A stretch of 64,000 bases of DNA from Microthyrium microscopicum (Eukaryota). A program made the translations under genes and the position numbers. Location of the stretch: assembly GCA_010405405.1 (NCBI GenBank), contig MU004230.1:3506627-3570626 (forward strand), read 5' to 3'. Positions 36,535 to 47,900 of the stretch are shown piece after piece (the first letter of the stretch is position 1; each line of letters opens with the position of its first letter). The notes under the pieces are model-generated. The model saw only the letters and a program-made list of their open reading frames with translations, was not told the origin of the DNA and did no database searches.

Positions 36535-37935
36535 GTTAGTAGCGTAACTCACGGCGCAGGGACCAGGTAGCCCCTTTTTAGCTATCACCAACAATAATTA
36601 TATTCTCTTCAAACCATAATTACTTAACCAAAATAGGTCGTAATAATCCTAAAAGACAAGAATATAATACTCCTCAAAAAGCTTGTTTTATTAAAGCTTT
36701 AAAAAATAAAGAAAACTTCCCTTCTTTTAATATTCTTTACAAATCTAAAGGAATTAATATCTCTATAGTAATAGGTCGCTATTAGGCCTTAGAATTCAAA
36801 GAATAAGGAGATATTACCTATTAAAAGATAAGGAAATAATCTACAAAGCTAGAAGTATCTAAACAAGTCTATAATAAAGAGCTACAAGCTATTCTAAATC
36901 CCTTATACCCCCTTTATTAAATACTGTTTAAATCTATGCCTTTTAGCCTTTTAAAAAGATAACTTTAGAAGCGATTTTAAGCAATTAGAGCCTATAGGTA
37001 TAAATAACGAACTACAAAGAAGATCTCTAAGAAGAATAAGCTTCTTCGTATTACTTATAGTAAACAACATAAAGGCAAAACGATAACTAGCTTCTAGAAG
37101 AACATTTACTTTATAGATAAAGTATATTTTAACTCTCTTAACTTAGCAAACTATTAGGATTATAAGATATTAAAGCTAAGCTATCCTAAGGATTAATTAC
37201 TACCTTAAGAACTTAACTAATCCTCTTTAAATATAACTCTTTACGTTATAAAGGGGATATTCTATAGAAGGAAGGGATTTTTTAGCTTTTATAATAATTC
37301 TACTAAATTAACTACCCTAAAGCCTTAAGTACTACTAAAACTATAATAAAGGAAGGTAGAAATAAAAGAATAGTTTAAATAACGATATTTAGATTACAAA
37401 GTAAGGAAACTACCTAAAGTTAAGGTAAAGCTAAAGGATAATTTAATAATATAGAAATTCTATATTAATAAGATCCTACTAAAGTATATTAAAGAAATAA
37501 AGGCCCTTAAAAAGAAGTATAACTATAAAATCTAGTTTTAAAAGGATAATAATCTAAGTTATAAAATAAGATCTAAAAAGAATATAGTAATTACTTATAA
37601 AATATAGGTAGAATTCTAGATTATTACTTATCCTACTTAATTACTAGATTTCAATCCTATAGAAGTAGTTTAGAATATTATAAAGGATAGATTACGTAGT
37701 AGAAGCTTCTTAAACGTAGAGGAATTTAAAATAGCAATTAAGGCTAAATAGCAACGAGTAACTATTATAGAAATTTAGCGACGAATTACTAAGATGCCTC
37801 AAAGGTACATTAATATAATAGAACAACACAGAGAACGTTTAAAGTCTTCGTTGTGGTGATAATCGATTTTATGTAGAATATAATATATTGATTTTTGATG
37901 TTGTGGCCCCTGCGCCGTCAATTACGACACCTACT
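36535..37935 (+). mobile_element. RIP-inactivated Tc1/IS630-family DNA transposon (~1.4 kb)
   Basis: Imperfect TIRs: CGTAACTCACGGCGCAGGGACCA (36543-) versus TGGCCCCTGCGCCGTCAATTACG (-37926). The AT-rich, TpA-rich interior keeps transposase relics YFIDK (FTDE), F*KDNNLSY (FQEDNDPSH) and LDFNPIEVV*NIIK (SPDFNPIE..W). Ends uncertain by about 5 bp. Confidence 0.88.
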
Positions 37936-37966
37936 ATGCTACTTTAAGCTAGGCATTTCCTTCGGG

Positions 37967-38013
37967 GTATGTTTGGATACATTAATGATGTGTGGTCGAT
38001 CTAACTTTAATAG
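37967..38013 (+). other. 47-nt spliceosomal-type intron inside the tRNA variable arm
   Basis: GTATGT donor at 37967, CTAAC branch motif at 38001-38005, TAG acceptor at 38011-38013. Exact removal restores the tRNA variable arm. Confidence 0.8.
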
Positions 38014-38057
38014 AGCGCAGGTTCGAATCCTGCAGGCGTCGGAAATAAATATTAAGG

Positions 38058-38066
38058 TTTTTTTTT
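38058..38066 (+). terminator. RNA polymerase III terminator (T9)
   Basis: Run of nine T, 17 nt after the tRNA 3' end. Confidence 0.75.
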
Positions 38067-38660
38067 AAATCTCTTTTTTCTTCTCCTCTCTTTCCCCATC
38101 GTTCTAACCTTTGCAACTCGTCTAATTAAGAGAGATAGCTCTAGGGATGGTCTAAATTCAGCTCGTTTTCGTTGCGTGATAGACGTTTTATCTTGTCCTC
38201 GCTGTCACCAGTCACAGCGCCACAGCGATGGCCGAGTCTTTTATCATCCAGCGTAGCAAATTTCTCCACGTCGTAGTCATAAAAGATTGACCTGCAGCTC
38301 TTCTACTCGCAAGAGCAATGGGGCGTCCTCTGTCACTGTCGTTCGAGCCGGTCAGCAAACGCTCTGATGAGCCGCGGTCGCCGACACCGTCGACACGCGT
38401 CGAGCTGGCTTGCTGCGGATGGGCAAGATATGATACTCAACATTTCTCGGTTAGCTCGGACTTCATCTCCATTTGCTGGACCTATCAACTAATCCTTTAG
38501 TTATCAATATGCCACTATCCGAAGGTGAAAGCTCCTATGTATCCCCAACCTCACACCGACTTCACTTGGATTTGATCTGACTATAAATGGGAAATGTTAT
38601 TTCTATTGCTTCAGGCTCTTTGTCCTAATAATTCTCATGTATGGGTACGAGTCCGTCGGC

Positions 38661-39779
38661 CTAATTTTTCTTATTATACGTTTTAGCTCTTAAGTTCCAC
38701 AGCTTTTGACTTACTGAGTTTGGTTGAGTATGACGTTGACTTGTAGATGGTCCTGACCGACTTGGAGGTAATCCTGACCAAACATTGAGAACATCACTAA
38801 TCTCTACAAAAACTTCTCGCCTGACAAATTCAATATGCTTGCTGCTGGTGGCTCTGCCGTTAGAATCGTCATTGGCTTCTGATATATGCGCCTCGCCAAC
38901 TGTGCGAGCCGCTCTTGCAGCCTTGCCATCGTCACTGACATCGTACAGGCTGTCAAAGTCATCAGGACCATTATCTCTTTTTTGAACAGAGATAGCGTTT
39001 GTCTTTACTTCAAGCTGCCCTAAATTGACAGCGTTGAGCTGCTTCGAAGTTTTTGTCTTCGCCTGCTCTACCTTAGCGGTATGATATTCCATCAACGCTA
39101 CTCGTCGGCCTTCCAAGAACTGTATTACACGCTCTAGTATGCTCCAATTGGGCACTTCCTTGTCTACTGCTCTGAAATAGGCCAGTATCGGATCCCAATT
39201 CTTCATCAAATAGACGTGCCAGCGTACAGCAGCGATAAACTTGAGAGTATCATAAACAGAGCCACAAGTATCAATAGTTTCCTGAACTCTACGCTGGACG
39301 CCCCGTATAAACTTTTTATCCTTATCGTTAGGACAAAAGTCTTGGAGCATTTGCCCGAGATGTTTGCTAATGGTTGGGAGAGGATCGTTCGCAAGCCAGA
39401 GTAAGGTGAAAGCATCAAGCGCTAAATCCAGCTGCCTGATCTCGGCATGTATGTCCTCCAGGTAGGTCGGAGTTGTTGTTTCTGGCATGAGAGGAAGAGG
39501 ACTATCTGCTGTCGAGCCCATGGTCATGTTTACAGCGGCACGCCATATTCCACATGAGAGATTCATGTTCTCTTTAAGGATGTCAAATGCTTCTTGATCT
39601 AAGCCATTGAAGCCTTCATACGACTGATAGATCTTGCCGATCACCCATCCCTCAGTGTGTCTGTCCCTGGAACGGCGCTCTCCTGGCAATTTGTAGGCCA
39701 TTGTCAAAGGTTTTGAATCCGCCTTGCGGAAGTAAGCCTTTATTGCATTGCTCATAGCAGCGCCACCTTGGCTGCCCAT
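38661..39779 (-). CDS. Hypothetical protein (372 aa, intronless), no recognised family
   Basis: 1.1-kb open frame starting at ATG, with a helical-looking core and a low-complexity tail. Confidence 0.6.
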   Translation of the reverse strand: MGSQGGAAMSNAIKAYFRKADSKPLTMAYKLPGERRSRDRHTEGWVIGKIYQSYEGFNGLDQEAFDILKENMNLSCGIWRAAVNMTMGSTADSPLPLMPETTTPTYLEDIHAEIRQLDLALDAFTLLWLANDPLPTISKHLGQMLQDFCPNDKDKKFIRGVQRRVQETIDTCGSVYDTLKFIAAVRWHVYLMKNWDPILAYFRAVDKEVPNWSILERVIQFLEGRRVALMEYHTAKVEQAKTKTSKQLNAVNLGQLEVKTNAISVQKRDNGPDDFDSLYDVSDDGKAARAARTVGEAHISEANDDSNGRATSSKHIEFVRREVFVEISDVLNVWSGLPPSRSGPSTSQRHTQPNSVSQKLWNLRAKTYNKKN

Positions 39780-40532
39780 ATGAACAGTTGTCGTAGTTAC
39801 TGTTTTTCTTTTATTGGCTGAGGGTTTACCACAAATCAGTGGATTTTTGGAAACTTTGGGTTAAATGCTACATGATTATATGTAGGATGGATTCGCGCGG
39901 TCCTACAATGCCTTTAATGGTAAGACGCAAAATAATCTTATTGTTCTTTTCGAGGAACCACAAAGAAAGTCTTTCGTATAATCAACAAAGAGTTTCTTTG
40001 ATCCTACATATCATTGTTATCATCTACAAAGCACAAGGATCAAGATCAAATTGCTAAAAAGATGGTATTCACCCAATTGAATCGAAGAATCGTGCAGTGA
40101 GGCGGAAGGTTTACTAACAGGTTCTTGCTGTCTGGGTGTGGTTACAGTGCTTGTTGGCCTAGTTACCTTCAAAGAGAGGAATGGACATGCATTATACCAG
40201 CAGTTTGTAAGGCAGAGAACTAGAGTAGGCGCAACGCTGTGCCAACATGACACGGATGTTAAACCAAGGTAAAGAATAGGTTGTAAAGATTGCATTTTGC
40301 TATGCTCCTCGCATGCCATGTCCAAAGAAATTAGAGAATAGTTTATATATCGACCAGACGTATACACACAAGTAAAACCCTTTAAAGATGAGAGTTTACA
40401 TAACCTTAATGCATCATCGCCTCCCAATGCAGCTCTGTGCAGTCACAAAAGAAAATTCAAACTCGTTCCTTGGACCTCCTGGCCTTGGCCTTCAAATGCA
40501 ACAGTTATTTGTCCAAGAGGAGGAAAATGGGC

Positions 40533-43500
40533 TCAGGCCCATTGATTTCTCGGAGGCACATATGTCGCGTCGTTGTTGTTCGCTGGTGGTGAGATTTGAC
40601 CAGCCGACTGTCCTCTGAATGCCGAGACTGGCGCCATACGCTCCATGGCATGCACATGTGATGGGCCGTACATTCGAAGATCGCGCTTCTTCATGGCCTC
40701 TACAGTCTGCATGGGTAGCATTTGACCGCCATACATAGAACTGCCCGTTTGATCGATAGGAGATAGGCCCTCAGAAATAGGGGGACTGGCTAGGGGTAAT
40801 CCCTGCGGATTTTGGTTGACGATAGGTCCGTATGGGCCCATACCGCCATGCTGTGGTGGACGTGGTTGGCCAAGGGGAAGTTGCTGAGGTCCGGGACCAA
40901 AGTTTTGAGGTGGCGGTCCACCATATTGTCCGCCTGGAGGAAGCACAGGTGGTGAGACTGGGTTTGCATTAATTGTATTAGGATACCCGCCTTGGCCTTG
41001 GTGGATTGGAGGTGGAGGAGGACCCATTTGCCCATGTGGTAGCAATTGAGGAGCATACGGTCCACCAAGGTTGCTACCATAAGCGGGCTCCATTCTTTTG
41101 GATGGAGACCCTTGCCTTAATGGCGATCCGCTACGAATTTCGCTGTGGATCGAGTTTGCTGTACTCGGACGCGAACCTTCGAGTGGTGGCCCAGCTGCAG
41201 CTCCAATAGGCATTCTCGATATGTTAGACGAACTGCCGGTAGGAGGTGGCATTACTGGTCGCAGAGCTGCCCCCTCTGGAATTGATGCTTGCGTTTGCTG
41301 GAAGTAGGACGACGGAGTGGTTGCGCTTCCTGGACTAGCCGCTTGGTCGATAAAAGGTGAGGCTGGGATGGTAGCAAGGCGTGGAGGTGGATATCTACTC
41401 TTCTGTTGAGGAGAAGATGAATATTGATTCTGCATCATAACCCGTGATTGACCATCATCTTGACTGCCCCAGCTTGATCTCTGATTGGGATATTGCCCAT
41501 GTTGCCCTTGCTGGCCTTGCTGTTGCAGTGGCGGTCCAAATCGATTCGGCGACTGGTGCCTTGGCTGCTGTCTTCCAGAGGAAATGTCTTCCAATTGCGA
41601 CAAGGTAGCTTGATCCAAATTCGCTTGACCTGGGCGAAGATTCTGACGCTGTGATGGCCTCTCGCCTGGCCCATGGGCCATTGCTGGTGGCGCGGCGACG
41701 GGTTGTGGAGGTGGTGATCTTTGAGTTAGTGCTTGCACCTCTGGGGGAATATTTCTCTCAGGTGTTCTTTCTCCTGACTCTTTACTACTATCAGAAGCAG
41801 TTTCGAATTTATCAAGCCCGTCTGGAGCACCCATTCCAGGGACGAAATTAGCCTGTTGATGTAGAGGTGGAGCGGGTGGCGACTCTACTTCTTCATAACC
41901 TGGAGTAAATCTTCCTTGCTGATTAGGGGCATTGCGATTATATCCAAGCGCCTCCGAATGTGATCTTCTATGTGACAAAGCTCCAGGTAGCGGCTTAATT
42001 GGCGACATGTTATTTCGATTGATGTTTTCTGGTCCATTCGGCGTGCTGCGTCCAGATGCTGACTCGTCAAATCGCAATCTGTTAGATCGAGTTGGTGGTA
42101 GACTGGTTCTACTGCCGTTCGCTCGTCCGTTGCTCATGATGCTATCCCGATCACCTCCTTCTGCAACCACCATCATACGTTTCGCGGTCAAATCTTTCAG
42201 CTCTTTACGCCATTCTCGTTCACCCCAATTTCCACTCCCTTCGGTATTGACAAGTCCTGCTACGTCTAGTGTCTCTAGATAGCCATAATGCCGATCCTTG
42301 GGCATTGCAAACATGAGGCCTCTAGCATCTCTAACATCTGCGATGAGCCGATTAGGCCGACCATAGATGGCAAATGTATCCCAAACAGGGAACAAAAATT
42401 TCAGCATCATTTCGAATCCAGATATTGCCGGGTGAGTCTCAGGCATGACGAATACAGATCCTTCGGTCGACGACCCGCCCGACTTGTCATGTACTGTGAT
42501 GTTACCTTCAATTTTGACTAGTGTTGACTGCTCAATGAGTGGTTTCGAAGCGGGATATATTGCGTATGCGGAATATGCATCGGTAATTGTCGCGATAGGT
42601 CGAGTCTTTTTTCCGATTTTTTTGGTTTCGTAGAATTTGAGGTCACCCCGGAGGACTGGCGCTTTTTCGTAAGGACCTCGTTTCTTCATGGACTTTTGAA
42701 GCTTTTCGTATTCCTTTTGATCCGGAGGACTGATCACGAACCAGCATTTGCGCCAAGGTGTTCCGGCTCCAAATCTGACCCTCGCCCAATCCTCATACTT
42801 GAATCTTGATCTTTCCATGATCATTCTGATGTTGTTAAGGTTCTTGCCCTTTCCAGCTATCAAAGATCCAGTATACGCTTCTTGAAGAGTGGTGTTCTCG
42901 TAAATAGCGAGCCGTATTGCCGATGCCCATTGCGTCATGGAGGCGAATGTGCTAAAGTGGAATAGGTATCGATTGTTCCCAGCCGTGGAGACACTGAGTA
43001 CGTTTTGTAGAGGTCTACCTCCGTTCTCGTTCATGGGTAAAGATTCAAGCTAGAAATGTTAGAGGAGTCCACGAGGATCAAGATCAAACCTACCATTTTG
43101 ATTGAAGCGTCGGCTATGTTTATGAAAGCTGGCTTGACTTCTCCACCATCACCCACAGCATCTAGCTCGGCAGCATCCCAGACAGACATTACAGTTCCTA
43201 CTAGTTGAGCAAAACATTCTGTCCAGTTACGATCAGAGCTTGGCCGTCCACCTGCACAAGTTAGATATGCCTTTCAGAGCGCATAGAAGCCAAGACTCAC
43301 GCGGATCCAAGTCATGTAATTTGAGAAAATAGCCTTCTTGATATAATTTGTTGGAATGGCTGTTGAGGTAGGTGAAGATGGGCAAAAGCTCGGGCAGGGT
43401 ATCTTGAGCCACATCCATCAGTGGCGGTTGGAACGTCTGGACCATTGAAGATGGGCGGGAGCCGGTCCGCGAAGAAGTTCGTCTGCGGGGTTGAGGTGAA

Positions 43501-44183
43501 TAATGGCTGCTTTCTGGCCGTTTTTCGGGGGATGCAACGATCGGAGAGGAGTCTGCGACTGGCGCTGCAGTAACATGTGGTAAGGATGACGATTTGGTGT
43601 AATCATCAGCTTCAATTGGCGGCGGTTTCGTTTCTGAGCCTGATGGGGAGCGACTGTGCGAGAGAGATGGTACTCCCCATTGGGACATGAACGACAAAAC
43701 TGGGAAAACCTTGTTGTTAGTTGCTATGGGCAGTAATGAGGCAGCAGTGTAAAATAAAATTGGATGTTTTGCGGTATGGACCTGGGTTGGAAGGGTGTTT
43801 GTTTGGCATGCAAGATGGTTGCAAGGGCCCAAAACAGCAGGTCGAAACGGCGAGGATCTTTGGCAGGAAACGTACAACAACCGACAGATTTGCAGAAGCC
43901 GAAAGGTTTATTTCAGGCAAAGAATGCTGCTGTCAGACTGTGAAACGATCTCGCTGCCATGATCCTCCAAGTCCGATGCTCCCGTCTCCGTATCCGTCTA
44001 CTCCGTCTACTGGACACACCGGCACTGGCACGGCTGCCTTGTAGGAAAATGCCCGATATTGCGATGGTTATATTGACCACTTGGCCGCAGCTAATCCGTT
44101 GACAGTGTGATTGCGGCTACTATCATAGGGCAACGGCTGATGGGGAAAGGACAGTACGACTTACCTCTGGTCGTGCGAGGCAT
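40533..44183 (-). CDS. Skg3/Caf120-like PH-domain protein with Pro/Gln-rich tail
   Basis: 19-nt first exon (ATG 44183, MPRTTR), 465-nt intron, then VLSFMSQWG..ELLPIFTYLNSHSNKLYQEGYFLKLHDLD..WTECFAQLVGTV..NVLSVSTAGNNRYLFHF..LQEAYTGSLIAGKG..EDWARVRFGAGTPWRKCW..DTFAIYGRPNRL. Confidence 0.85.
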
Positions 44184-44662
44184 CTTGAAATAAACCTGGC
44201 CAGGATGTCCTAGTTGATTCAACCTGGAAAAGTAGGTGGTAGTTCCTTTGCAAATGGCCAAAGTCAGGCTGGTGGTGTTTGTAGAAAGGATGCCCAGGCA
44301 ATGCTCATTAATTCAACAGGTTTCTTTTAACAAAGTGACAGCAAGTTCAGTCGGAAGAGTTAAAAGGGAGGTGTCTTAAAGCAGCTGATCAGCTTTGTCC
44401 CAATAGGATTTTGGTGGTCCAGATTTAGAGCCAGGCGAGCCAGGTGAGCTAGTTTTGTTGCAGCTGCGAGTGTAAAGTCTTGTTCGTTGGCAGCACAAAC
44501 GAGTGTCGTAGCCAAGCGCTGGGTATGAGTAGCAGCCAAGGGGAGCCGCGTAGTTCCTAGAGAAAAGTGAAGGGACCTTGAGAGCAATCGATGCTTGCTA
44601 GTGGGGACTGCAAGCAGATGTACTGATGTGGATTCTGTGGAAGAGAGAAAAAGTGAAGACGT

Positions 44663-44904
44663 TGATAATGTGTGAACCTCTAAACAGGCTAGCGCTTCCA
44701 CCGTGCGTTTAAACATACGTCGTGGAATCCAGAGGACAAGAGGATATGAATTAGATATAGAAGACGTACTTAATTTGGCTATATAACGTATATCTTAATG
44801 ATTAAAGTAAGTTAAGATCTTGCCTATTTCTATGCCTTTAGACGTAGTCTACGCTATTAGGTTTGTATAGTGCTAAGGACTATAGGTTAGTAATCTAGCT
44901 ATTA
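44663..44904. repeat. LTR (3' LTR of the minus-strand element)
   Basis: TGATA...TATTA (RIP form of TATCA); colinear with 60389-60630; preceded by ACGT. Confidence 0.93.
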
Positions 44905-47900
44905 ACTATCTTATAGATAATAAAGGTTAAGATATAATCTTAACCTTATATATAAATAAACCTTTTACTAATAGATTTCCTACTACTTAATTTCCTCTTT
45001 GTTAGTTATAGTAGACTTACTACCTTTAGTTTCCTTACTTTTTCCTTTAGTGCCTTTACTCTCCTCTTTATTATCCTCTAGTATATTATCTAAAAATAGT
45101 TCCTATTTAGGTTAGATAGTTAATAATAAGTTATATTCCTCTTTAGGCTATTCCTTTTTATAAAGAATCTTATATATCTTTATATATATTAAACGTAGCA
45201 TTAGGTAATAAGTACCTATATTTAGGTCTTTAACTTTATTTCGTTATAAAGTAGGTAAGGGCTATAGTAGGCTATAAGTAGTTAGTAGCGTAGTATTAGA
45301 AGATATTATTAGCTCTAAGGATAAGAAGCCTATTTAATTATATTCTTACTATATTAGATAATATATAAACTAAAGACTATAAAGCTATATGTCTTCTTAT
45401 TAAATTATATTATTATAGACCTATTATATAGATAGATTTTGCTACCTAACTTCGTTAAGTAGTTATTTAGCTTCTAAATTATTAGGGTGTCTATATTCTT
45501 TAAGATTATTATAATCCCTATATTAATTATTTATTATGACTTTCTCTATAATAAAGTTATTAATTAAAGTAGATATTTTAACTAGTGCTTTCTTAGGTAT
45601 AATATTATCCTCTTAGGGCACTATTATTAATTAAGGCATACTATTTAATAGTTTACTATAGTACTTAGTTTCTTTAGGTAGTTTATTAGTATAGAATTTA
45701 AATTAATTATTATAGTTACTATCCTTCTTGTTATTATCTATCTAGTTACTACTAGAGTTAATATTTATATAATCTTATAGCTATAGTAGATAATTACTAT
45801 TATATTACTATTTATTTTTATATTTACTTATAGGTAGAGTAAGTTAAACTAATAGGTTGTTAAGGAAGTAGTCTAGTAGTAAATAATCTAAGTGCTCTAT
45901 TATATAGTCTATAAGTTTATTACGTTATTATTAAATAGTATTATTTTCTTATAGTAAGGCCTTAACGTACTATTAAACTTACTTATTACGTTCTATTGTC
46001 TACTTTTAGACTTATTCTAGTATTAAGTTTTAATTAAACTTAGTTATAGCTACCTTATTAGCTATGCCTATTAGCTATTTCTAAGTATCTCTAAGATAGT
46101 CTAGTCTTAAGTCCTAGTATATAACTTTCTTATTTTTAATAATAAATATTATATTTTACTAATACTAAAGTAGATTATTATACATAACGTTAATAGGGTT
46201 AAAGCTTCTTAGTCTAGGGTAAGTAAATATATTCTAGACTACCTATCTTAAGAGAGTAGCTATAAATTTATTCTTAGCGTTATAGAATAGCTTTATAATC
46301 TTTCTATATTAAGTAAAGTACCTAGTATTATTTAGTAGTACTAGTAATTTACTAATAAAATCTAGATTCTTCTCCTTATATATAAGTTCTTAGATTATTC
46401 TATTACTTACATAGACCTTATAGAATTTTAGTAATAGTCTAATTAGCTCTAGGCGTCTTATATACGCCTAAAGAGGCCTACTAATTATAATTTAACTTTA
46501 TTATAAAAAATAGTAATATCCTTAATTCTTATAAACTAATTAACCTTTTGCTATCTTATAGTTATATTAAAGTTAAACTTAGGTTCTTGCCTAGGTTAGA
46601 TACTTAATAAAGATATTTAGCTTCTAAAGGCTTATCTTGCCTTTACTCTTTTTTAATATATAGTGTTATATAATTATTTTAATAGTAGCTATAATTTTTA
46701 GGAAAGGCTTTAGTTATAGAGGATATTTTATTACTAGTAGAATTCCTAAGTCTATCTTAAGATATTTAATTTCTAGATTAGGTTTATAAAGCTATATTTA
46801 TAGGATTTTACTATCTATATGATTCTATAGCTATTCTTTTAGTATATAGTACTTATCTCTATCCTAATCTAGGCTATGTACTATCTTTAGTTTTGTCTTT
46901 TTCTTTAGCTCATTTTCTAGTTATTCTTATTATATTTAGGCATCTTTAAGGGCCTATATAGTAGTATATATATTTTCTATTAAGAAGTTTAGTAATAAAC
47001 TTAGTCCTGCTTTTATATTAGATAAGCTTAGAGAGATTAGATTTTTATTAATTTGCTCTACTCTCTAATATAATAGAGAGGCTCTACTTTCTATCTTTTT
47101 CTATAAAAAAGGTTATATAAAGGATAGTAATATTAGATTATTAATCCTAATTAGTAGATTTTGGAATATAGTAATAGTTTCTAGCCTAGAAGTAACCTTA
47201 TCTTCTTTACTAGTAGCTATTAAGTTAAATTAAACTTATTTAGCTACTAGTTTGACTAGTAATCTATTTGCCTAAACTTAGACTTTTTACTTATCTATAG
47301 TAATAGAAGATTCTATAATAGTTATATAGGAATTAGCTATATCTTAATATAATTAGGGTTATTTAATCCTCCTTAAATTTGCTACTTTACTTTAGGGTAT
47401 TAAAATATCTAGCTCTTCCTTATTCTTCTTACGTACTTATACCTATAAGACGTATTCTACCTATTAGAGGGAGTTATTATTATCTTTAAACTCTAAGTTA
47501 TCTTTTGCATTAACTTATTAGTATAATAGTAGACTATACTAGGCGTTAAGCATCTTAAGTTAGTAATTAGAAGAAATTACGTCTTCTATATAAAGCTAAG
47601 TATAATAAGTAGCTTTTCTTGTGTCGTTTAAAATATATAGAAACTTACGTATATTAGCTTGCTACTAATTAAAAATAGTTTTAATATTAGTTTAATCTAT
47701 ATATTTTTATTCTTAGAGTTTAATAGAATCTAAGTTATATATAACTATATACTTTCGTACCTAACCTTAGTAGACTAGAAACGTAAATATTCTATGTTAG
47801 ATAAGAACTCTTAAACGTAGGTTAAGGCGCTCTTATACCTTATTTAATTCATCTACTAGATCTTAAGTATTCTACTTTTCCTTATCTATTGCCCTAAGAA

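Larger units (their letters stand above)
36494..38041 (+). tRNA. tRNA-Ser(GCT) gene split into three segments (36494-36530, 37951-37966, 38014-38041); this copy probably inactivated
   Basis: Joined 81-nt sequence GGCGCTTTGGCGGTGTGGTTAACGCGATGCCCTGCTA-AGGCATTTCCTTCGGG-AGCGCAGGTTCGAATCCTGCAGGCGTCG folds fully: acceptor GGCGCTT/AGGCGTC, D stem GCG/CGC, anticodon stem ATGCC/GGCAT with GCT, variable arm TCC-TTCG-GGA, T arm GCAGG-TTCGAAT-CCTGC, discriminator G. Position 14 is T rather than the conserved A. Confidence 0.88.
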
